Source: Ascidiella aspersa
Taxonomy: Eukaryota
Direction: 5' to 3'
Length of the DNA stretch: 64,000 nt
Assembly (NCBI GenBank): GCA_963924565.1
Contig: OZ004608.1
Span: forward strand, 16,554,001 to 16,618,000
Made by a program: the position numbers and the translations under genes. Numbering within the stretch: position 1 is the stretch's first letter; every line of letters begins with the position of its first letter. Positions 1 to 13,217 of this stretch are shown piece by piece. Under the pieces are notes generated by a model that was not told the origin of the DNA, made no database searches, and was given only the letters and a program-made list of their open reading frames with translations.

Positions 1-1092
1 CGGTAACGCCGGTTCGAATATCTAATCGCACCATAAATGTCATAGACCGAGGCGACCTTATTTTTGAAGGTCGCACAGCCCAATCACGAACAATAATTGG
101 TAATTTTAAATGTCAGTTTACCTGGTCTTCATTGTTTTAAATACAAAGCGTGACTTGATGTTTTTGGCAACCTTATTTGATATTTGTTTCTGCATTTCCA
201 GAAAAATATCCTGTCTTAAATAAAATTATAATTCGGGGATAAACTTATGCGGTTTAAATTATAATTGTTTACTTCTGTTTCGCTAAAACTTCTTATTCGG
301 GAAAGCGAACTCTCTAATAAAGCTAGACCAATAATATATGTTATACCCTTTTAATCGAGATATTTAGTTCAGTCAACGCCTGTGCGAGTAACTAACGGTA
401 GCTAAAGGAAATCTAGTAATCAAGCCTGCACAACATGCGGCCCGCGCAACTTTTTATGGTGGCTTTTGGGCGTCCCAAGATGTAATAACATTTTCCCATT
501 TGTGACACTACTTTTGTTTTAAATCAGTACCTGCTTGTGTGTTAGGCGATCACACATTTTGCTGTAACTGGCTAGAAACCACAAGCGCGTAGTAAAGTCA
601 TGCGTACAATAGTTAAATCGACTATAAGCGTATATCAATTTATTGATAGAAAATCTGTTCAGCCCAAAAGCGCTATGCACACTATCACTATAGAATGTTA
701 CACCATGTGACTCATAAACTCAATTTCTGTTAAATTAGACTAGAAATGCGAGCAATGTGCTACTGTCTTTTATGTGTCTTATGTGGCACGTATTGAATTA
801 AAACCAAATATAAACCATTTTTTGCGCGAATGTAATGAATTTCAGTTTCGTCTTTGCGCACGAGATCGCTCGAGCATATCATATTCGCGGTACAATGGAT
901 ATATCAACTTTAGTATGGGCCCGCGTTGTTTTTCAAGTTGAACCACACATCTAGTTTAAAGATTATTTCGCACCATAGTTGTAATTTGGGGCACAGTTAT
1001 TCTATAGCAATGGGCATATATAGAGTTAAATGTTTATTTCACTGTTGGTTGATCGAGCAATGTTACCTAATTTTTTTGTCGGAATTAATTAG

Positions 1093-2491
1093 GAAGGTCA
1101 GCTGGAGTGGTTTCCGCGCATGCAGGCGATGTCGTTGGCGGCCCAGGACGAGGCTGTGGAGAACAACGATATGAGAAGTCTGCTGCTGCAACTCGACAAC
1201 ACTTCCAACCTGGTGGTAACCCTGTCGCGTCAGTTGCAGGTAAGAAGTGTTATAACAACACAAGTATTACCCGAATACCTCTTTGTTTTTACCTGTTTTA
1301 GCGTTGTTTCAATTTACCGAAAAGAGCAAAGAGTAAGGAACCTTTTTTTGGATGTATTTGCATGAGAGCAAAATTTTTTTTTTCAAATATTTTTAGCGTC
1401 TAGTTGTGAGTGGCAAAAATTGTGATTTTAATAGGGGCGTTTATTTTGTTCATGTTTAAAAAGCAGAACATATAAGGCCTGAATAAAAGCAATTGCTAAG
1501 TTAACAAAACTTTTATTTCAGTGCCTTGGTGCGCACAGGAAACCGGGTAAATTATACTAAAAAGAAAAGTTAGATTTGCGCGAAGCTTGAACAAAATTAG
1601 TATTACATGATTCAAATAGAAAAACAGTTGCAGTTTGATTTGTACCAAGTGGTAAAAAAATGATAGCTTAAATTTATCTGAACGCCAGGTTTCATCATCA
1701 AAACAGCCATATACCGACCGCTCGGCAAGAGTAATCCTTTTTTTAAATTTTAACCGACATAACCCGAATATTTGGAGGTATACATGTAAATAAGATTGAG
1801 TTGCCGCCAAGTTATTTTACTTACAGCAACAACGTTTGTTGGGCACGCGAGGGTATTCCCTGGTCACGATTGGCGGTCGTTTGGGGGCGTTTTTCGAGCG
1901 AACATAAACATTCCATATAAAACTTATTCAGTTGATGAAACAATAATATTATTATTATTTTTGTTAATATCGGGATCTAAGCCTACTCCGACATTTCTAG
2001 TTGTTGATCTTTTTTCCATATCATATGATCCGAACAAAACCACACAGGTTGTAAAAAAGATCTAAAACAACTTTATTTGACAAAAGCAAAATACTATATA
2101 GTTACGCAAAAAAGCATCATCAGTTATGCTATTTTCTTAATTCGAATGATTCATACTTTTTTGCGTAACTATATAGTATTCTGCTTTTGTTAAATAAAGT
2201 TGTTTTAGATCTTTTTTACAACCTTTGTGGTTTTGTTCGGGTCAAAACTTATACAGTAATCAGAAGTTAAAATTGCGCTTGAAATAACTTTTTTATTATC
2301 ATTCGACCAACTTAATCAGTTTAACCCCAACTTTGAGATTCTTGTCGCTTGGCGATTATCAGCACTACAAATCGGCCTTAACCTTTCGCCTGTCACAGGA
2401 TCTCCAAGACCAGGTGACAGAACAAAGGCGGAAGCAACAACGTCTCAACATCATTAACCCGCACAACCACGTGCAGTACCACAAGCCGTAA
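1093..2491 (+). CDS. ITPR: Inositol 1,4,5-trisphosphate receptor, last two coding exons (1093-1239, 2399-2491); gene starts upstream of the window
   Basis: The phase-0 GT/AG-bounded exons translate EGQLEWFPRMQAMSLAAQDEAVENNDMRSLLLQLDNTSNLVVTLSRQLQ|DLQDQVTEQRRKQQRLNIINPHNHVQYHKP*. This matches the IP3R C-terminal WFPRMRAMSL...EQNELRNL...QMTEQRKQKQR coiled-coil. Confidence 0.92.
2030..2240. repeat. ~85-bp-arm inverted repeat in the last ITPR intron; probable Penelope-like pseudo-LTR remnant
   Basis: 2030-2114 is the near-perfect reverse complement of 2156-2240. The minus strand at 2085-2130 reads as a degenerate hammerhead: AGCATAA CTGATGA T GC TTTTTT GC GTAA CTATATAG TA TTTTGCT. Confidence 0.7.
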
Positions 2492-4785
2492 TACACATGC
2501 TGACTGGTGTCCGCGTTTTGCTATTCGAAGTTGTTCCAGCCTATTGCTGTGCTACTTGAAAATACGATAGTTGCTGCCGCTGTTTTTGTCTGGTGATGTA
2601 CTGCTAATTGCAACTGTTGTGATGCGTTAGTTTATACTGTGCTTAGCCGCCCTTAACATGACGACGTAATATTGAGATTTTATTTTTTCTTATACTTTGA
2701 TCTTTTTCGGCCACCCGCCGAGTTTTGTTTACTATATTACTTGCTTCAAAACCTTGTATGTAATATTGCAAAAATTATAATTTATAAAAAAAAATGTTTT
2801 ACAACTTGAATCGTGAGTCATTATGCTGTTATTTCAAAATCCCCAATGAAATTTTACTGACAACCCGTTGCAATAGTGCTCCTATAAGGGCTAACAATAC
2901 ACGCAATACCCTGTTTATTACGACAGATTGTGGCCCCGACAAATAGTGCTCCGTTTTTTCTGTGGAGGCGTATATTTGTAAGACTTTAGCTGGAAAGGTG
3001 CGTGCCCCAACCTATATTGGCCTTTCTGTTGTTTTTGCTGGGTATTTGTATCCGTCGTCCCAGTATTTTTGGTGCACCAGAAATATTCGTTACGTTATTA
3101 TTGTGCGCAAAGAAGTGGCGCGGTGATCTTTTGAACGTTGTGCACACCACCAATGTACTATTTCACGCCCGTTATTGTACAGTTCACGCATGCTTGTTTT
3201 GGCTAAATCGTAATCGTGGCGCCGCCTATTAAACCCTTACATGTTAAAAGTCGTTGGCACCACTGCCGTTTTGGCGATTTTACTATGGCCCACCAATACT
3301 TGTGATGATTAAATTCAACCTTTGTTGTCCGCGAAGCAAGCGCAGCCGCTGGCCCGCTTATTTTGTTCATTTAGCGCTCTGTTGTGTTTTCCCATGTTCG
3401 CTTCACTGGACTAAATTAGCCACCAATTATTCGTGCGCAATTATTTGACGTGTCTTCGCGGTCAGTCGCTTGCCGCCTGACGTCGTCGCGTCGTCATTCC
3501 CGACGCTGCTGTTTTCTTCGTAGTTATTTTATGGCAATATGAAGAAGAGGCCACTTTTCCTGACAAAGTGGCATGAATAAACAAAATACTAAAACAAAGT
3601 AGCGTAGGGTAAACTTTAAATTTGCTTGTTTTCAAAGTTTTCACTTTTTGCAGTGTTTGGAATTTCTGTTTTTGGTGTTTACATGTCACTTTGTTAAGTA
3701 AAGTGGCAACTCTTCACATACAAAGCACTTTCCTTTGCTCCCAATTGCACTGATACTTGAGGCACCCTGTTACTGCCCCGCTGTTAATTCTAAATAAAGT
3801 ATATATATATCATCGTTTTTGTTTGTTGGCTTCTATTAGATTTTCTAATCAATACGAAAAAGCTTCTCGTTAGAATGTATTTTTAACACTGTAAATTGTA
3901 TGGCAAAAAAACAATTATTTTTGTGTAAACAATTGCACCTCGCTTTGAGATGCGCTTAGATGTTACACAGTTATACCTGCATGTTGCACTTGTTATCCTT
4001 GTTTTACTTGAAGTTACTCTTAGCGTGAAATTTCAACTTAACTTGAGCCACATTTTAATGACATTTCTTTCAAAAAAGAATAGGATAATACGAGGTTATC
4101 TAAACTACTTTTATAGTAAATAAAAATCTTCACAACTTCATTTAAATGTCCACATTTATCGCTTGGTAGTAATGGGGAGGTCGTTTAGTTTCGCTGTACG
4201 TTTAATCGGCATACTGTTTCCCCGAGTAGCGCCTTGAAATAAACAAGTACAGTGTTGTTGATTGAGCTGCTGACACACGCCCGAGAACGCCCGACCCTCA
4301 TAATTTTTATGACCACCTCATGAATTTACTACCAGCGCGAAGCCAACGAAGATAATAAGTTAGTGTCCACGCATCAATCATTTACTGCAGAAGCAGAACT
4401 ACATCTGCAACACCCTTTTGTTAGTCATCGCTGCCAACTAATAGTCGGGGTATCACTCACAATCTGTAAATAAATCCAAACAAGTCTTGTTTCCGGTCGG
4501 TATGTGCCGGGGTAATTTGTCGCAATTTAAAAGGGACATGTTTTTATAGATGGTTTGCCAACTAATGTATTTACTTATCGAAAAACGCATATAAATATCG
4601 ACAAATGTATATAAATAACAAATTTTCCAAAAAACATACATCTGATGTACACAACATATTTACACTTTCGCGTGTCATATCAATGCTTTGTTGTTTCATA
4701 CGCAGCATCGTGCTCCTAATTTGATCGAACCCCCGCGAGGTCGCATACACAGCGGTCACGTATGCCAACTTGGCGATCACTAACT

Positions 4786-6303
4786 TTATTGCTCGATCAC
4801 GGCAACATTTTCGTTGCTCGTCTTTCCTCGCTCGCTTGACGACTGGCTGCCCGACTTTTGCGAGCTGCTCACCGACCACACGAAAGTTTCTTGTGGACTC
4901 TTATCGGCCCCGGGGGTCCTGGGTGTGTCGACGCGGCTCCCGCTAAACATGGACGCCTGCCTCGGGCTGCGGGACAGTCCTTCGTTGCCCGAGATGTCAC
5001 CACGGGCATTTGGATTCTTTATCCAAGGAGAGCACATCGCGAATACCCGGGGTCTCCAATCACGAAAGGTTCCAATGAGGGTAACGAGGTTGATGAGGAT
5101 GTTTGCGTCAAACACTAGGGTCGGTGCGATGTTGTACTGGTCCTTCACAAAGAGGATGAGAATCGACGCGCCTATGTCGGTGAGAATACAAATGCCTGCC
5201 GTGATGGTCGCTCGCTTGATCAAAGACATAAATCCCCGGCTTTTTGCGGCCTTCGAGTCCATCGTATTACGGTGTTTCACTAGCGGGTAAATAAAGAGGC
5301 CAAATAGAAGGGCCTGGAAGGCGACTGTTGAAACTGTTATGCAAATCCATGCGATGTAGTCGGGTATAACACTCTCCGACAGCAAACAGCCTTTGGGTGT
5401 CAACCGGTAGAATCGCGTGGTCGTAAAGAGGACTGTGCATCCCACCTCGGCAATGAAGATAAAGATTAGCGAGAGTGTGCTGACCACCTAAATAAGATGC
5501 AAAAAATAAGTCGCTTACTGCCACTTTCCCACTTGAACACACTTCACTATCTCGCAACCCAACTTCGCTATCGTGTACCCATAAGCCTTTAAATCAAACA
5601 GACGTATTTACTTTAACAATTTTATGCTTTAAGTTGCTAAGAAATGCGTGACATCTCTTCGAGGGAGCAGACGTGCGATCAAACTACTTTAATGCTCAAT
5701 ATATCGTATTGGTGGTGGGTTAATGATTTGTCGCATTTCTCAAAGATAGTTGTATTATTACACTTTATTAAGCGTATTAGCATCGACAAAATTTTTAATG
5801 ATAATCGTTTAATATACCTTGATGACGGGCGAGGACAAATGTTTCATCGACGGATCCGAATAGAAGAAGTTCTGTCTGGTCCACAGAAAACCATAAACAC
5901 ATGAAATGCAAACGGCGGTGAGGATAATCTTCAGCTTCAGAACCGTGTTGCAGTAATCAGAGTTATAAGTTTCAAGATATTGAGCCAGCAGCTCGTAATG
6001 TTCGCAGATAAAACGTGAAAGGAGAAACAGTGCGGCCAGCAGGGATTCCACCCTCATTACCATTGCGTAAGTGTGGCTCTTGTTCACTTTGTGCTTAAGC
6101 TTACGCAGTGAGCCCATTCTTCGGTTTTTGGGACGCTTGCATTCGTAAACAGCGAAGTTTACAACAATGTACAAAGTCACCAGAGTGAAAAACGATACAG
6201 AAGCCTCCAAGACGATAAATCTCGTCATATCGAACTCTTGTACATAAGTTTGACTTGCATTCGTAAAGGTGGCGTTGAACGTTACCGTTTCGGTCGTCGC
6301 CAT
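4786..6303 (-). CDS. Orphan 7TM receptor #1, two exons (6303-5818, 5487-4786), 395 aa
   Basis: ORFs 5809..6303 and 4786..5487 join in phase 0 (AAG|GTATAT ... TATTTAG|GTG). Seven hydrophobic segments, N-terminal NxT/S sites, a TM3 Cys, an ECL2 GC, and family motifs LWTRQNFFYSDPSMKHL, FQALLFGLFIYPL and FRDWRPR. Confidence 0.9.
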
Positions 6304-8170
6304 AATATCCTTGGGACGGGACTGTCTTTATTACTCAAGCGTCTTTATTACAGATGCTGTAATACTGCAACACCGGCTGTATTCAAAATGTAGCTTGAAG
6401 GTGCGCTTTCTACCCAAGCGTGCTAAGCCCTTGTAAACGGATTGGCTTTGTTGACAATTTTTACTCTATCCGTTACTTCTGTTGCTGGATTAGTCACCTC
6501 GAGGCTCGCCTGTTTGTCAGTCAGAATGTCGCGTCGCCCTACTGACGCACCTTGTCGAGCCGGCGATTGTTAGATTGCGCTTGTTCGAGGCTCTGCAGAT
6601 TCTAATTACCTTGTCCGTCGTGATTCGAGTAAATACGTGCTAACTCGTTTGCACTCTACGGTGTATTTGAAACTGTAAAACAAGAGTGCTAGTTAATTCA
6701 AAAACCAAAAATATAGTCTATTCTTCAAAGTTCGAAACTTTGGCAATATACATCCTGCTTTGAAATAAATGTTTCTTACGTTGCTGTACAAAAATGATTA
6801 AATTTGTAAATAAACACCTATATGTATGCATATTTATAAAGGTTTTTTATGTAAAAGTTCTACTGTAAATTACATTCTTTAGGTCAATAGTTTTTAACTA
6901 ATAAATAGTTAAAATTTTTAAAACGATTCTGCATATTATTTTAGCAAAAATGACCTCAAAATTGTAAGTATAATCTTAAACTTAAAGCCATACGCCAAAA
7001 ATCGCATGCTGATCTGCAAACGAATGTTGCTAGTGACACTAATACAAGAACGTGATCAAACATTCTTTGCAAACACCGCGACTTACAGAATGTATAACGA
7101 CACGGCTATCTGGTTCTTTACTCTCTACTGCCACTTAAATGACATAATACACGGAATCAACGCAGCGAGGACAAACAACTGTCAAGCGCCCAAGCGGGCA
7201 GTGATTCTTAATGATTTAAACTCCATACGTGCAGTCGTTCACTCAACACAGTCATTTTGTCGTTTGAGCAAAAAAACTTTGCGCCCTAGGCTATTCTATT
7301 GTCCAAAAAATCTATCAACCTTACTCGAACTATACAAAGGTTGGGCAGGTTTTAATCCGCCTTGTAACGAGATAATACCTTTCTCGTAAAACTATACGGT
7401 AGATTTATCAATAACCTGCTGTCTTTTTTCGTGTAAACAAATAATTAAATGTTGTAAGCCATAAGTTTTAATTGACATCCACAAACCGCGAAATAATTAT
7501 TTAAAATGTTTATTGAACTTAGTTTTTTGTTAAACCAGTATTATTTACCATCACGAACTCGGCGTTCAGTAGTGCAAGTTCACCTTCTTGTAATCTTTAC
7601 GAGAAGAAGTTTTAATCCTGTGTTGGAATGTATGTGTGATTAACTTGGGCCTATTATGTACTGTAATTCGGATTCAACCTTAGCGGTAAAAAATACATTT
7701 TACATTACATTCCAACTTAAACGGGTTGATCAAATCGAAATTTGTTGCCATTTATGTCTATTATTTAGGCACTAAACAACAACTAGAAGCTATAATAATT
7801 AAACAATTTTTTGTCTGAAACATTTTGGTTAAAAAACAGAATATATTCATTTAAAGGCAGTTAATTTGGTAATCGTAAAGTATATAATTGATTAGGTTAC
7901 TGAATAAGTTTTACAATCATTGCACTAATTAAAAACTGTTAATCGTTTGTACCGCAATATTTATGGTAATTCGACTCAGTTAAGATTTTATTTTGTTAGA
8001 TATAATTCATTTATCCGAGGTCGCTCACAGGTGACGCTGTGATTCATAAAATTAACAAAAGGGTAGCGTCACTGTTCGTGGAGCAGTACACATATGATCA
8101 CTTTACAACGACTAAGTGATTTAGTGCGATTGCCATGCGTCCATTGATAAACAGGTGTCTAATTGATTAA

Positions 8171-9178
8171 ATGTTTTCAGCAACTTCCGTGAGTACTTTT
8201 ATCGGCAACGAAAATGAGACGGCTACAGACGAATTTTTTGGAATTAGCATCGGTGCATTGGCCACCAACAGCGTACTTTTGCTTATGTCTTTTTATATTA
8301 CGACTGCACTGGCGGTCTATGAGTATAAATGTATCCTAAAACCAAGTAAAAGTCCGCAAACGTCAAGCAGAAGTAGTCAACTACCTCACTGGTCGAGACG
8401 TTTATGCTTCATAGGATCTGTGACGCTACTGATCCGGATTATTTTAGAAGTGATAGAGAACAGGTTCGGAATGAATTCGGACGTCGTTTGTCGAGTCATC
8501 CGGCCAACCAAGTCGGTACTGCATTTTTTGTTGGTTTCCTGTGTTTATCTTGTGCTATGGTTGCGCCAGAGGATGTTCTATAGCACACCTGTCATGGAAT
8601 ATTTGACCAACAAGTTCGTGCGATTCTTCAGCGCTTCCCTCCCGGTTATAATCCTGCTCACAAACGGCATCACCGTTTTACTAGACGTTACGACAAGAAA
8701 ATACACAAGCTCGTATCGCGGTTGCGTGGTCGAGTGGAGCCTTATATGGAAGAAGCTACCAGGCATATTTCTCTTTGTGTCGGGGACTTTTTTCCAGGCC
8801 ATTCTCTTGGGACTGCTTATATACCCTTTGGTAAAGCACCGCGACGACTCCCATGCCGCGAACGTGAGAGGCAGAAGAAAAGAGACGGCGGTCGTGCGTC
8901 GGGTAACAGCGGCGGCCGTCGTAACCGTGCTAATCGATGGCGTGAGTGGTTTAATTTCAATCACTGTGCTCTCTGGGTCTCTGGGGGTACTAAGGGCAAT
9001 GTTGTACGACCTCAACATGATGGTGGCGCTTCTGTGCGTCGTACTCAGCTTTGCCGATTGGCGGAAGAGGCTGTTTCCTTTCCACACCGAGGCCGATTCA
9101 AAAAGAAAAAGAAAATCGTCTAGCATGTCCGCACAAAGCGGCGGAAGCGGCGTAGTGACCGATGGATCGCGTTTGTGA
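8171..9178 (+). CDS. Orphan 7TM receptor #2, intronless, 335 aa; head-to-head with #1
   Basis: Seven hydrophobic segments; motifs LWLRQRMFYSTPVMEYL, RGCVV, FQAILLGLLIYPL and FADWRKRLFP are shared with the other three genes. Confidence 0.92.
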   Translation: MFSATSVSTFIGNENETATDEFFGISIGALATNSVLLLMSFYITTALAVYEYKCILKPSKSPQTSSRSSQLPHWSRRLCFIGSVTLLIRIILEVIENRFGMNSDVVCRVIRPTKSVLHFLLVSCVYLVLWLRQRMFYSTPVMEYLTNKFVRFFSASLPVIILLTNGITVLLDVTTRKYTSSYRGCVVEWSLIWKKLPGIFLFVSGTFFQAILLGLLIYPLVKHRDDSHAANVRGRRKETAVVRRVTAAAVVTVLIDGVSGLISITVLSGSLGVLRAMLYDLNMMVALLCVVLSFADWRKRLFPFHTEADSKRKRKSSSMSAQSGGSGVVTDGSRL

Positions 9179-10467
9179 AGTTTAAAAATATTATAGTGAT
9201 GTTAAAAATTATTAAAGTGAGGTCCAATGATGACCTAAAATGAAAATATTTTTGTAATATAAAACACGTATTTCACAATAGTAGTGTCACGTTCACCTCA
9301 ATAAAATTACACTGCTTTTATGCTATTTTATTGACTTTGGTTTTACTTCGTAACAATGAAACAAAATGCATCCAACGGAGTCGCAAACAAGGAGAAACAG
9401 ATTCAAATGTTACCAGAACAAGCCAACTACAATCCGACAGCATTCACTTCAACTTTGCTAGGTGGTTATTAAAGGTGCTCAAAGCAGATGTTAAAAATTA
9501 ATAAAGAATTATTCCAAACGTAATAAATTTATCTATATTGTATTTATTGTTATTCTTACTTAATAGAAAAATGTTTGTTTTGACCATAAAACTCAATGTG
9601 CTTTTGGTACCGGTGTACAACATATCCAATTGTCCATGTGGATCACCTTGTGTATCACTGCACTAAAAATAAGACGACGTGTAATCTATGTGTGATTTCA
9701 TGAACAATATCATCGTAAACATTAATCAGATCATTATGAGACATCTCTAGATCTTGCAGTATAGGGTTATAGGTTGTATCCCAGCTTAAAGTGGAATGGG
9801 GAAAACAACAACGTAATCACCAATGAGCATGCATATTCATACAGGCATTCTAAATGTTGTGTACTCTATGGACTATCTACTTATAAATCCAATTTGGAAT
9901 AGGTATAGTTACTGCAGTTTATTGTTATTGCCAATAAAGCAGCAATTTTAATCAATAACTGATTTTATAATCTTTTACAACCAGGGACGTCGCAAAATCA
10001 ACTTCAGTAAACTCTTCAGTAGAAGAACATTTTATTTTTTTGTTCAATTTGGAAATAGAAATGACGCCATTTTAGTATCGATCAGACCGTCGTACTTTTG
10101 CAAAAAATGTCGGGTCTTTTGTCGGTATAGAATAAAATAAAAAACATAGGTTGGCAAACACCGGGACGCGGCTCGATGGTCGTCCGCGGGGAGTTTGTTA
10201 ACGGTCTCTAGGCAGGGGGGTAAAGTAGAATACTTTTTTTACCGAAACGCGTGAAGTTTTTCCGTCAAAAAGTTACCTGATTAATAAAGCAGGCAACCTT
10301 AAAAATCACATAGGGTTAGCATTCAATGTCGTGAACAAATATGCGGCTAAAAGAGGCAAACATAGTTCAATAAAAATACAAAAAAAATTATGGAGGAATG
10401 GCTTTGTGAAACAAAGTACTACTTTAACAGATGTCAACCTGTCGTTCATATTTTTATTATATTAGGT

Positions 10468-11147
10468 CAGGGGTCGGCAACCTTTCGTGTACAGCGTGCC
10501 AGTTTATGAATAATGTCAAAATCGCGTGTCGAATATATTTCTTTGTTTGGTTCTGCACTAGCAACCAGGGCTGCGGAGTCGGTTAAAAACAACCAGAGTC
10601 CGACTCCAGTCAAATGTGCCATCGAGTCCAGATCAGACTCTACAGCTTGTATTTCACCCATTTACGTAAATAAAATAAGATGATTAGTTCAGCAATCCAC
10701 TCATAGGGGTCATGGATAATATGCCACCATATGCTAATTCGCCCTAACAATTTACAGTTTTTTCCTTATCAGTTTCGAAATTTTGTACTGCGCATGCGCA
10801 CACGTCGGACGGGTAGTTTTACCCGAGTCCCTAATTCGACTCCGCATCCCCTGCTGTGATCCGACATCTATTTTACGCGGTTTAAAAGACGCCATTACAT
10901 ATGTTAAATTCTGTAAAGACACCCTAACCCTTTCAAGGTAGAATGCCCTGCTTTAACGCAGTAAACATGACACCAAGTTTAGGCATTGTGACATAATACT
11001 AACGAACGATTAGTCGTTAACAACAAGTTTAACGCCCACAAAAAATAATGTTAAGTAGCCTACAACAGAAACTAATTTGTGACACGAAAACCGTCGAATC
11101 ATTTGGCGTGCCCTGAAAAATCATCTCGCGTGGGTTGTCGACCCCTG
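10468..11147 (+). mobile_element. hAT (Buster/Charlie-like) MITE with nested CAGGGCTGCGGAGTC MITE (~10566-10853)
   Basis: TIRs CAGGGGTCGGCAACC / GGTTGTCGACCCCTG; perfect 8-bp TSD TATTAGGT (10460-10467, 11148-11155). Confidence 0.85.
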
Positions 11148-11347
11148 TATTAGGTTTTTCTATGACTTAACTTTATGTTCACTGAAACGTTATCTTTGGT
11201 CAACTATGACTTATGAAGGGTCAGATCGTAGTTGGATGTTTCAGTGTCTTAATATGTTACTGTTAATCCCCTTCTATGTAAAGTTGTGCATACAAACAGG
11301 TAGCAGCCAATGGTACTATGGTTGTTTCTCGACGTGCTCGACTCTGA

Positions 11348-11420
11348 GCCTTTATAGCTTGGCTGTAGTGCGATGGTCCCGGTAAGGCCGGATGTCGTGA
11401 GTCGAGCCTCATCGTAGGCT
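11348..11420 (+). pseudogene. Degenerate tRNA-like / tRNA-SINE copy
   Basis: Homologous to 13721-13789 and ~33060-33118, with anticodon arm TGGTC CCGGTAA GGCCG. Shares an upstream TGGTTGTTTCTCGAC leader with the 13721 copy. Confidence 0.55.
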
Positions 11421-12452
11421 AGTTGTTTATCTGACCTGGCGTTGCTTGCACAAAATCCTAATTTTATCAGCTGGTTTTGGTTAGCCCTTCTGAAGGTTAA
11501 CTATCTGTTGTCTTATTACCATACTTTTTGGACTTATTGCGGCAAAACAACCCCAAGATTTTCGTTGAATTAATTAAGATTGTAATATATTTCCATAACT
11601 GAACATTTGTTGTTTTCAAAGGTCGGTCCGCGATAAAATTTTAGTCTGAAACCGAGTAGCGGTGCAACAAAGTTTGCCGACTCCTGAAATAAAAGACTTC
11701 AAACATTTTTAATTTTAAATCATTGTTGACAACTCTATAGGCATCTAGGTAACGGAAAACATTTTAGAAGTAGGGGCGGATGTTAGAATTTTGTTTGGGG
11801 ACCATAAATTTTTCAGGAATGTTACAAAAACTACGTCATAAGACAAAGTCTTTTAAAACACCAGTTGTCATCTGGCAAACTCGTGCGCAAAAAAATATGC
11901 AGCTGAAAACTAATCTAATATCAAACGAAGGGCGAAAAAATGTGTTTATTGTTTTGAATGACGGTGGTTGTAAGTTGTAACCTACTTTAACAAATACAGC
12001 ATATCTCGAGTTTATGATCTTTTAGCTAAATAAATTTGCTTAACACGCACAGAACATAAATAATCGACAGAAGTTCACACGAAGCGCGAATCATTTTTTG
12101 TCTACACACATTGTTAGTAGATTTTGGGGACATGGCCTGGTTGACCCTCAGAAACCACCCCTGTTTAGGAACGCAGACTTTTTTGTCCCACTGCCCAAAA
12201 GGTAGAAACACCGAAAAATGCATTAATATAAGGCGTAAGGCGAAAAATGCATTAATATAGGGCGAAAAAAAGAATGATTGCCAAAATTTAGGCAAAAAAT
12301 AATGTTTTTTGATACAGGATGGTTGTGTTAAAAATATGGGTAAAACCTGTGTAAGATCCAAGATATAAACGTAAACCACCATGGGAACATATCCAATAAA
12401 TTGCAGATATAAAAAAAATAGGCATAGCAGTGAAATAACAAAAGTTATACAG

Positions 12453-12572
12453 TAGTGTTGTAAACAAGTCATTTAAAAGACAACTTAATTAGCCCGTCTT
12501 TTGAAGAAAAAAAATTGTCCCAGTCAAGTCATTATTAGAGCAAATAAGTCTAATTAGTCATGTAATTGACAT
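12453..12572 (-). mobile_element. Decayed terminal fragment of the GACTT-repeat MITE
   Basis: Similar to the reverse complement of 21045-21235 (AGTGTTGTAAACAAGTCATTT...GTCCCAGTCAAGTCATTAT). Confidence 0.6.
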
Positions 12573-12748
12573 ATATGTCAGCTAGAAAATAACAACGCAA
12601 CATATAGCAAGAAGATTGTTGCAGATTGCAAAAATTGAAATGCGTAAGACAATTTTATTAAAAAATATTTAATATTTAATAAAAAATTAATTTCAAAAAT
12701 GACCCTGGTCAACAGCAAATTCTAAAGTAAACGGAGATGTGTATAGCA

Positions 12749-13150
12749 CAGGGATGGGCAAACTGCGGCTCTCCGGCATGTTTTTTGTGGCTCTTCTAAT
12801 TGAATCGTAAAATTTCAAAAAACTTGAAAAGGTTACCAAGAGTACCGTTTATAAACATTTATTTTTTATTTTCTTTATTTAGGCCAGCATTTCGTTTATG
12901 ACGTAATACTAGACTTAGAGTCCGAAGAGTTAGTTAACAAAAAACTGATATTAATAACTATTGTGCGTGTTATTTTGCTATTACCGTTATTACTGTGTTG
13001 ATTATTACCGTTTTGGTATATTACAATTCTGTTATTATTGCGGCTGGCCTTGCATTATTTACCGTTATTTTATAGAGAAAATTTTGAGGCTCTTTGGTGC
13101 TTGTATTTTCTGCAAATGGCTCTTCCATTGAATACATTTGCACACAACTG
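12749..13150 (+). mobile_element. hAT MITE
   Basis: Ends CAGGGATGGGCAAA ... TTTGCACACAACTG; 8-bp TSD GTATAGCA on both sides. Confidence 0.8.
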
Positions 13151-13217
13151 GTATAGCATCTTGCTCCATATTATCTGTCCAGCATATTGCTGGAAGCGCT
13201 TTATCAATTGTCTATAG

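Noticed and set aside
4814-5290. Antisense and alternate-frame ORFs over the 7TM and gag-pol genes (also 8578-9126, 37009-37554, 28988-31884)
   Set aside because: Shadow ORFs of GC-richer coding DNA with no independent motifs.
1093-9178. Functional linkage of ITPR with the adjacent 7TM cluster (Gq-IP3 pathway)
   Set aside because: Adjacency alone is not evidence in animal genomes; it would need conserved synteny and co-expression.
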